In this document: positions 57,936-64,000 of the stretch, in pieces
Numbering within the stretch: position 1 is the first letter of the stretch
Layout of the letters: each line of letters begins with the position of its first letter
Origin: a virus
Reading direction: 5' to 3' (one strand)
Virus record (IMG/VR): IMGVR_UViG_3300050120_000210
Coordinates: 1 to 64,000 of that record
Length of the DNA: 64,000 nt
The notes under the pieces: model-generated
The model's database searches: none
Told to the model about the DNA's origin: nothing
The model's input: only the letters and a program-made list of their open reading frames with translations
Made by a program: the position numbers and the translations under genes

Positions 57936-59705
57936 ATGAAGATCAAGATCGCCGTCGTGCAATTCAATCCCAAGGTGGGAGCACTGGAAGACAACGCCGC
58001 CCGGATGCTCGGACTGTATTCGGCCGCCGCCGTGTCCGGCGCCGATCTCGTCGTGTTCCCCGAATGCGCGCTCACTGGCTATCCGCTGGAAGACCTCGTG
58101 TTGCGTCACAGCTTCATGGACGCCGTGGTCGTGGAATCGAAGGCGTTCATCGACGCGGTTTATGCCACCGGCCTGAAAGCATCCGTGATCTTTGGTACGC
58201 CCATCCACGGTGTGGCCATCAACGGCGATGATCGGTCGGGCAATGGCGCCATCCTGTTTGATCCCACCACGGGCAAATGGGAATCGGTTCTCAAATACGA
58301 ACTGCCGAATTACGGCGTGTTCGACGAGAAGCGCATTTTCCAACGCGGCGAAGACCCGATCCATACCATTGAATGGCGTGGCAAGAAAATCGGCCTGATG
58401 ATCTGCGAAGACGCGTGGTTCTCGACCGTCACGAATCGGCTCTACACGGATGACGCCGTCTTCCTCATCTCGATCAACGGTTCGCCGTTCGAGTCCGGCA
58501 AGAACGTCATCCGCCACAACGTCGTCAAGGAACGGATGAACGAAACCGGCCTGCCGTTCCTCTACGTGAACATGGTCGGTGGACAAGACGAACTGGTGTT
58601 CGACGGTGGGTCTTTCCTCTACGACAGCAACGGTCTGCAAGAGGCTCCCTACTTCGAAGATGGTCTCTTCTTTTTCGACACAGAAATCACCGAAGAGAAA
58701 CGATCCCAGTCGATGTCGTGGGGTGATCCGCCACCTCCGGCAATCATGACCTTCACCGACTTCCCAACCATCGTTCCCACCGGCATCGGCGCGATCTACC
58801 AAGCCTGCGTGCTCGGTCTGCGGGACTACGTGACCAAGCAGGGTTTCAAGAGCGTCTTGCTGGGATATTCCGGCGGGGTGGACTCCGGTATCGTCGCCGC
58901 CATGGCCTGCGATGCTCTGGGTCACGAGAACGTTCTGTTGGTCCGTCTACCCTCCAATTTCTCATCGGACGGTTCGCTCACCGACGCCGCTGATGGGGCC
59001 AAGCGGCTCGGTGCGGCGATGCGGACGATCTACATCGAAGGGATCGTCAACGAACTGCGGCGGTCCTACACCACGGCGACATACGGTCATGACGAAAACG
59101 CGCCGGGTGCTTCACAGTTGGACAAGCACCTCGAAGGTGTGGCCGACGAGAACATCCAAGCTCGCGCTCGCGGGACCGTCCTGATGGCCATCAGCAATCA
59201 GGAAGGCCATATGCTCTTGACCACCGGCAACAAGTCGGAAGTCAGCGTGGGCTATTCGACGCTCTACGGCGACATGTCGGGCGGCTTCAATCCGATCAAG
59301 GATTGCTACAAGGTCACGGTCTGGGACCTCTGCCGCTGGCGGAACGCCTTGACCGCTCAGCAAATCCGCGACTTCGGGTTCATGGGCGCGGCGACGGAGG
59401 TTGTGCCGGAAGCAATCATCGTCAAGCCGCCGTCCGCCGAACTTCGGCCGGACCAACAAGACAGTGACAGCCTTCCCGCCTATCCGATTCTCGACGCGAT
59501 GCTGAAGGCGATGATCGAAGACGAACTTAGCGTCAACGAGATCGTTGACAAGCTGGGTCTTGATATCGACTTGGTCAAACGCATCCGGCGACTGGTGGAC
59601 AACGCAGAATACAAGCGCCGTCAAGCGGCGCCGGGCGTGAAGATCACCAGCAAGATTCACGGCCGGGATCGTCGCTACCCCATCGTCAACGCGTGGAGGA
59701 ACTGA
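57936..59705 (+). CDS. nadE: Glutamine-dependent NAD+ synthetase
   Basis: Nitrilase triad FPE / K..LPNYGVFDEKR / ICED; synthetase SGGVDS, ENIQARARG, TGNKSE, TLYGD, PSAEL, EYKRRQ. Confidence 0.95.
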   Translation: MKIKIAVVQFNPKVGALEDNAARMLGLYSAAAVSGADLVVFPECALTGYPLEDLVLRHSFMDAVVVESKAFIDAVYATGLKASVIFGTPIHGVAINGDDRSGNGAILFDPTTGKWESVLKYELPNYGVFDEKRIFQRGEDPIHTIEWRGKKIGLMICEDAWFSTVTNRLYTDDAVFLISINGSPFESGKNVIRHNVVKERMNETGLPFLYVNMVGGQDELVFDGGSFLYDSNGLQEAPYFEDGLFFFDTEITEEKRSQSMSWGDPPPPAIMTFTDFPTIVPTGIGAIYQACVLGLRDYVTKQGFKSVLLGYSGGVDSGIVAAMACDALGHENVLLVRLPSNFSSDGSLTDAADGAKRLGAAMRTIYIEGIVNELRRSYTTATYGHDENAPGASQLDKHLEGVADENIQARARGTVLMAISNQEGHMLLTTGNKSEVSVGYSTLYGDMSGGFNPIKDCYKVTVWDLCRWRNALTAQQIRDFGFMGAATEVVPEAIIVKPPSAELRPDQQDSDSLPAYPILDAMLKAMIEDELSVNEIVDKLGLDIDLVKRIRRLVDNAEYKRRQAAPGVKITSKIHGRDRRYPIVNAWRN

Positions 59706-59865
59706 TGGCCAGATTGACCGGCTTGGGGAAGGCCATCGTGTTTGTTGGCGGGGCGGTGACCATCGTGTTTTTTATGACGTTGGTGGTCCAAACTCACGGC
59801 CATAAACCAGACGCCAGTAGTGCTCTGTGGTTTATGAGCGGCATGATAAACGCAGCGGGTTGACC

Positions 59866-60249
59866 ATGAGCAAATCAAAAAACTGGCCAGCCAACGACGC
59901 ACCGATGGACTTCGAAAGCTTGACCAAGCCCCTCGTCCGGGCAATGCGTTTCGCCTACAAGCTGCGGCGCCAGAATCGCGACAAGGACATCCCGTGGACT
60001 GGGCCGGAAATCGGCGAGCGTGAGCGGGCAACGTGCCTGTCACCGTCCACCCAACTGTCGTCCGAGAACATGATCTATTCGGAAGACGAACAGGGCCGCG
60101 ACGGTCTCGAAGAGATCATCGGGCTGGCGCTTCGCATCGGCATCGAGCAGGGTCGTCGGATCACCATGGGAAGCCCGGAGATCAAGATGATGGAGACCCA
60201 GCTTCTTCTCTGGAAGCATGGCGTCCCGTTCAAAGACTTCAATGTCTGA
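59866..60249 (+). CDS. Hypothetical protein
   Basis: Coupled ORF downstream of nadE. Confidence 0.55.
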   Translation: MSKSKNWPANDAPMDFESLTKPLVRAMRFAYKLRRQNRDKDIPWTGPEIGERERATCLSPSTQLSSENMIYSEDEQGRDGLEEIIGLALRIGIEQGRRITMGSPEIKMMETQLLLWKHGVPFKDFNV

Positions 60250-60559
60250 CGATCACATTCTGGTCGAAGTCACGATCAAGCGGCGGCAACATGCAAAGCT
60301 TTTTCGGTGGCTGGACAAGAACACACCCGGATGGTCATTGGGGCTACGTCCCGAGCGTGTGGACTATTACTACGAAATCGTCGAAGAATACGACTTCGAC
60401 GAACCCGAGCAGTTGATCGAATACCTGCGCGGCTCTCACAAGCGCGGCCTGATGAACAGCATGAAGACAGATCGACCCTTGATCTGGCTGACACCGGAGC
60501 AAGGCGTCGTCATGAAGCTGTTCTGGGAAGGCGATTGCCAGCTTTACAAGTCGCCCTAG
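60242..60559 (+). CDS. Hypothetical protein
   Basis: Overlapping ORF; ends PEQGVVMKLFW. Confidence 0.5.
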   Translation: MSDDHILVEVTIKRRQHAKLFRWLDKNTPGWSLGLRPERVDYYYEIVEEYDFDEPEQLIEYLRGSHKRGLMNSMKTDRPLIWLTPEQGVVMKLFWEGDCQLYKSP

Positions 60560-60909
60560 GCGAGCATTTTCGCGAAAATCAATGCCTGTTCGAAGGCTTC
60601 GCGGTCGCCGGTGAACTCGATGTTCTGGACGACGGTCATGCTTTGTCGGCTGTTCGGAGAGGCCATCACGAAGCGTGTGCGATTCGCATTCAGAACCAAA
60701 TGGGTGGGGTAGCCTTTGGGCAGATCAAAGCTGATCCGCCAGTTCTCTGACCAGATGAGACCGGCCGGAAGTCGATGTTCGAAAGGATCGGCGACGATGC
60801 ACATGACGCGCACGCCGCCGATGTTTTCCATGAACCCGCCGCGCGCCATCTGGTCCCCGGCTGACACGAGGTTCAGCATAAGAACCAGATCGGCGGACGA
60901 CGGGTTCAT
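60556..60909 (-). CDS. Hypothetical protein, paralog of 63435-63794
   Basis: Both have W.I/L.F.L and end F/LTGDRE. Confidence 0.55.
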   Translation of the reverse strand: MNPSSADLVLMLNLVSAGDQMARGGFMENIGGVRVMCIVADPFEHRLPAGLIWSENWRISFDLPKGYPTHLVLNANRTRFVMASPNSRQSMTVVQNIEFTGDREAFEQALIFAKMLA

Positions 60910-60911
60910 TT

Positions 60912-61622
60912 TTAGGCCGCCGGATCGTCGGCGAGATCGGCCTTATACTTCGCGAACATGCTGTGCGAAATTTTCTGGAAGAGCGCACCCAGCCGACGAT
61001 AGAGACGCGTAATCGGATCGTTGATGAGCGTCCACACGCCTGAGAACGGCCAGTAGGACATCCAGAAAATGATCCGACCTTTGTTCTTGTCGGCCGAAGG
61101 CGGGAAGTCCCGCAGTTCGAAGCTCTGGTTGGAGGCATAATGTTGGAACAGTGCCTTGTCGAATCCAGCGGGCTTCACATTCAGGCGGGCAACCTCGGCC
61201 TTGTAGCTTTCCTCGTTGGCCTCGGTGCGTGCGGTCGAACCGCGACCCAGAGGATACTTGTCGCTCGCGGCGCGAGTGGCCACCGTCAAGCGGAAAGCAT
61301 CGGCGCGTTCTTCGAATTCGGCGCGCATCTTTTCGTATTTGTCACGGGCGCGGAGGACGTAGAAGAACCACTTCACGAAGCCCCAGACGATGCCGATCAG
61401 CACGTAGGCGCCAATGTCGATGGCCAGATCAACGGGGTGGGAGATCACCCACGGAAGCAGGCGTTTGTCGCCAAAGGCCACGAAGACGCCAATGGTGATG
61501 AGCACGGTCATCAGGGCGCCGACTGCCTTCTCATTCTCGATGAGGTAGAGCAGGAAAAGCGAAGGGAAGAGCAGCGCGCACCAGAACCACGGCGTGCCGA
61601 AGAGGAGAAAGGCAAAAATCAT
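60912..61622 (-). CDS. Membrane protein
   Basis: Several TM helices; KGRIIFWMSYWPFS.VWTLINDP. Confidence 0.65.
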   Translation of the reverse strand: MIFAFLLFGTPWFWCALLFPSLFLLYLIENEKAVGALMTVLITIGVFVAFGDKRLLPWVISHPVDLAIDIGAYVLIGIVWGFVKWFFYVLRARDKYEKMRAEFEERADAFRLTVATRAASDKYPLGRGSTARTEANEESYKAEVARLNVKPAGFDKALFQHYASNQSFELRDFPPSADKNKGRIIFWMSYWPFSGVWTLINDPITRLYRRLGALFQKISHSMFAKYKADLADDPAA

Positions 61623-61682
61623 GGGTGTCCCCCGTTGAATTTAACCAAGCCTAACGCGGCTTTTGGGGATTTGCAAGATGGT

Positions 61683-62687
61683 TTACGAAATGACGAAACC
61701 CTCGTTGGACGCGTTCAATATTCGCTGACCAAGCCAGTGAACGTCCTTAACGTTCAGCGAATTACCGATAGCTTTGTAACGGACGGTGTCCGAAGCCATT
61801 CCTCGGCCGAACGGCACGAGTGTGTGATTGTCGGGCATTCCCATAAGCCGCTCGCACTCCAACGGCGATAGCTGACGGACATGCGGTGAGACTCCGTCGT
61901 CGATCAATGCAAAAGCCTTGTCAGAGCCCCCAGTAGAGGCGCGGAGGCAATTGGCCACCTCGTCACCGATCTCAAGCTCTTCGCCGTCTACGCGCCCTCT
62001 GAAGGCTACTGTGAACGCGCGCGATCCAGAGCGAGCTTCAAGAGCAGCGGCAAGTGCTTTCCGCGAGCGATCAGGTGTTGGTAGAGCTTCTGTGCCCGAC
62101 CTTTCTTCAAAAAGTATCCTCCGTGGATCGGCCCCGTCTCTAGGACAGGCCACAAGGAAGACGCGCTCGCGTCGTTGCGGAACTCCTGAGTGTTTGGCGT
62201 CAAGGAGCCGCCAAGCGATGTTTCGACGGGGTCCAGACACACAACCAGCGTGCGTCCATCCTTCCCCTGCTGGGACCAGCGGAGTGTCTTCTCCGGCCAA
62301 CGCTGCAAGTAGGCATCCAAAGGCATTGTTTTTGTCACTCAAAATTCCCTTCACGTTCTCGAAGCAGACGAACGGAGGGTTGATGTCGTCAGCCAAATTA
62401 CAGAAGCTCAGTGTCAGGGCGCCACGGGGATCGGCCGCGCCAGCGCGCCTACCGGCCAGAGAGAACGCCTGACAGGGAGTCGATCCCCACAGGATATCCA
62501 CCTTGTCGGCCCATTCTTTCCCGTCGATCTTGGTCAAGTCCCCAAGGTCCGGCACATGCGGCCAACGATAGGCTAGAACAGCCTTGGGGAACGGTTCGAT
62601 CTCGGAGAAAGCCACAGGCGTGAAGCCAAGCGGCTCCCACGCCAGAGAGACCGCATCAACGCCGCTGCATACGGTGAGGTAGCGCAT
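61683..62687 (-). CDS. dcm: DNA cytosine-C5 methyltransferase (alpha polypeptide)
   Basis: Motif I VCSGV, GSTPCQAFS, FENVKG, PQRRER, LSPLECERLMG, YKAIGNS. Confidence 0.92.
   Translation of the reverse strand: MRYLTVCSGVDAVSLAWEPLGFTPVAFSEIEPFPKAVLAYRWPHVPDLGDLTKIDGKEWADKVDILWGSTPCQAFSLAGRRAGAADPRGALTLSFCNLADDINPPFVCFENVKGILSDKNNAFGCLLAALAGEDTPLVPAGEGWTHAGCVSGPRRNIAWRLLDAKHSGVPQRRERVFLVACPRDGADPRRILFEERSGTEALPTPDRSRKALAAALEARSGSRAFTVAFRGRVDGEELEIGDEVANCLRASTGGSDKAFALIDDGVSPHVRQLSPLECERLMGMPDNHTLVPFGRGMASDTVRYKAIGNSLNVKDVHWLGQRILNASNEGFVIS
62006..62338 (-). CDS. Nested out-of-frame beta polypeptide of the methyltransferase, M.EcoHK31I-beta-like
   Basis: LTPNTQEFRNDASASSLWPVLETGPIHGGYFL...RGKHLPLLLKLAL in an alternate frame starting just after the ENV motif. 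Confidence 0.65.
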   Translation of the reverse strand: MTKTMPLDAYLQRWPEKTLRWSQQGKDGRTLVVCLDPVETSLGGSLTPNTQEFRNDASASSLWPVLETGPIHGGYFLKKGRAQKLYQHLIARGKHLPLLLKLALDRARSQ

Positions 62688-62688
62688 C

Positions 62689-63369
62689 TTAGGACAGACT
62701 TTTCCCTTGCTTATGTTTGCGCTCTTTTGGGAGTTGATCCAAAAGGTCGTTGACCAATGTCTGGCGATACCGAATAGCGTCGTTCATCGCTGCACTGGCG
62801 TCCGTATCCAGATAGTATCTCGTGACGCGCAGGAGCATTTCTTGCTGATGCAAAAGATAGTTGTCCAATTTGCTTTGATCCGCGATATCATCATCGGGCA
62901 GAAGTTGGATGACGTTGCACGTAGGAATTTCCACCACGCGCTTTGCAGGCTTAGGACGATAGGCGGCCATAATTGGATGTCCGTCATCCATATATTGTCG
63001 GGTAACTTGTTCTTCGATCCGACTGAGTTCGTCTTTGTTGCTGCCCGGCGATGGGTAAATCATCGCATATGCGATTTCGGCTGGGTCAATTTTCTGCTTC
63101 GCCATCGGGTCGGATCGTCCACAAGTGAGGTGACGTTGAATACGCCCACCCATTCCCTGCGTAGATTCGATACATTGGCCAACGTAGAAAACGCGCCGAG
63201 TTGCATCGGCGAGAGCATAAACCCCGGCCTTCTTAATATCGGGATGATGAAGGGCCGTGAGTTTGAAATTTTGCTTATTGGCGAAGTCCCGCTTCAAGTC
63301 ACCAACGGGCATCGGGGCTTCTAAAGAGACTTTATTTTCAGTCTCCGCCGAATCTGTAATCTTGACCAA
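62689..63369 (-). CDS. GIY-YIG nuclease
   Basis: GVYAL...FYVGQ...RIQRHL; AT-richer; directly upstream of dcm. Confidence 0.7.
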   Translation of the reverse strand: MVKITDSAETENKVSLEAPMPVGDLKRDFANKQNFKLTALHHPDIKKAGVYALADATRRVFYVGQCIESTQGMGGRIQRHLTCGRSDPMAKQKIDPAEIAYAMIYPSPGSNKDELSRIEEQVTRQYMDDGHPIMAAYRPKPAKRVVEIPTCNVIQLLPDDDIADQSKLDNYLLHQQEMLLRVTRYYLDTDASAAMNDAIRYRQTLVNDLLDQLPKERKHKQGKSLS

Positions 63370-63434
63370 TCTAATACGCTCATCGAAAGATAATGAGCCA
63401 TTAGTAACAGTTCATATTTTCGTTTACCATATTT

Positions 63435-63794
63435 TCAGGAGATGTGGTCTTCATCGTCCCAATCGCAGGCGCTCATCATCAGGATCGTCATGTCCCGCAT
63501 GAATTCCCGGTCGCCGGTGAGGGATGGGGTGAACATCTCGAACTGATTGGCGAAGGCCGTGAAGATGTTCTCTGGGTCGGACTCTTCGACCGGTTCACGT
63601 AGATTGAAACCCAACGTCCAGCCCTGCCCAACGAGCATATACCGCTCGAACCCGGCCCAATGGCTGTTGACATACAGATAGAGATGAACGCCGCCCAGCA
63701 CGAGCATTTCGCGGCTATGTGGCGATGTCCGCGAGAACAGCGTCTCGCAAACCTTGAGAACGAACTCGGGCGTGGTTTCGGCAAAGGCGATCAC
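63435..63794 (-). CDS. Hypothetical protein, paralog of 60556-60909
   Basis: GWTLGFNL...LTGDREF. Confidence 0.55.
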   Translation of the reverse strand: MIAFAETTPEFVLKVCETLFSRTSPHSREMLVLGGVHLYLYVNSHWAGFERYMLVGQGWTLGFNLREPVEESDPENIFTAFANQFEMFTPSLTGDREFMRDMTILMMSACDWDDEDHIS

Positions 63795-64000
63795 AGCGGC
63801 ATCCGCCGTTGTTTCGTCATTCTTGCGGCCCCGACTTCATTCGATGTTCGAACGCCTAGCACAGTGCTACCACACAAAAACTGATCTATGTTAGTCATAT
63901 GCTTTGGGTGTTATCTGCCAGCAAAAATATGTTCGATTCCAAACATACGGAGAAGCGTCAGGTCTCTATCGATGGCTTCTCGATTTGCCACTTCAATTCC

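Noticed and set aside
6524-58925. Long antisense ORFs (6524-7990, 12412-13710, 27800-29194, 33990-35114, 57546-58925 and others)
   Set aside because: They mirror well-supported genes on the other strand, as expected from GC-rich codon bias, and carry no motifs or RBS
3148-62687. dcm as the cognate methylase of the NaeI-like nuclease
   Set aside because: 58 kb apart, dcm has its own adjacent nuclease, and GCCGGC appears absent so needs no protection; not formally excluded
1-64000. Alternative genetic code, introns or inteins in core genes, IS elements, integrase, CRISPR array
   Set aside because: Core genes translate full length in the standard code with all three stops in use; no such motifs or regularly spaced repeats were seen

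Overview
A 64-kb segment of a large T4-like myovirus (jumbo-phage gene layout) that most likely infects an alphaproteobacterium, judged from the Ros/MucR, PncB and TyrRS genes. Core genes include baseplate/tail proteins, gp55-like late sigma, gp47/gp46, Holliday junction resolvase, a gp26-like protein, tape measure, portal, prohead core, protease, scaffold, major capsid, PhoH, thymidine kinase, clamp loader, GroES and a DnaE fragment. They are interleaved with cassettes of small genes behind a recurring TCGTTGAC(G/C)A sigma70-like promoter; late genes carry TAAATA. Most notable: (1) a complete deamidating NAD+ rebuild pathway (NadM-Nudix, PncB, PncA, Gln-dependent NadE) next to a macrodomain, two NADARs, a 2H phosphodiesterase and a MucR, a candidate NAD/ADP-ribose counter-defence island unlike NARP1/NARP2; (2) a solitary NaeI-like endonuclease in a window where a manual scan found no GCCGGC; (3) a tRNA-like structured RNA upstream of tyrS; (4) a 54-nt near-exact in-frame copy of the prohead-protease active-site segment inside an unrelated small gene; (5) a T TTT TTC -1 frameshift site in the gp26-like gene; (6) a C5 methyltransferase with a nested out-of-frame beta subunit. 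All calls come from reading motifs by eye; no searches were run.
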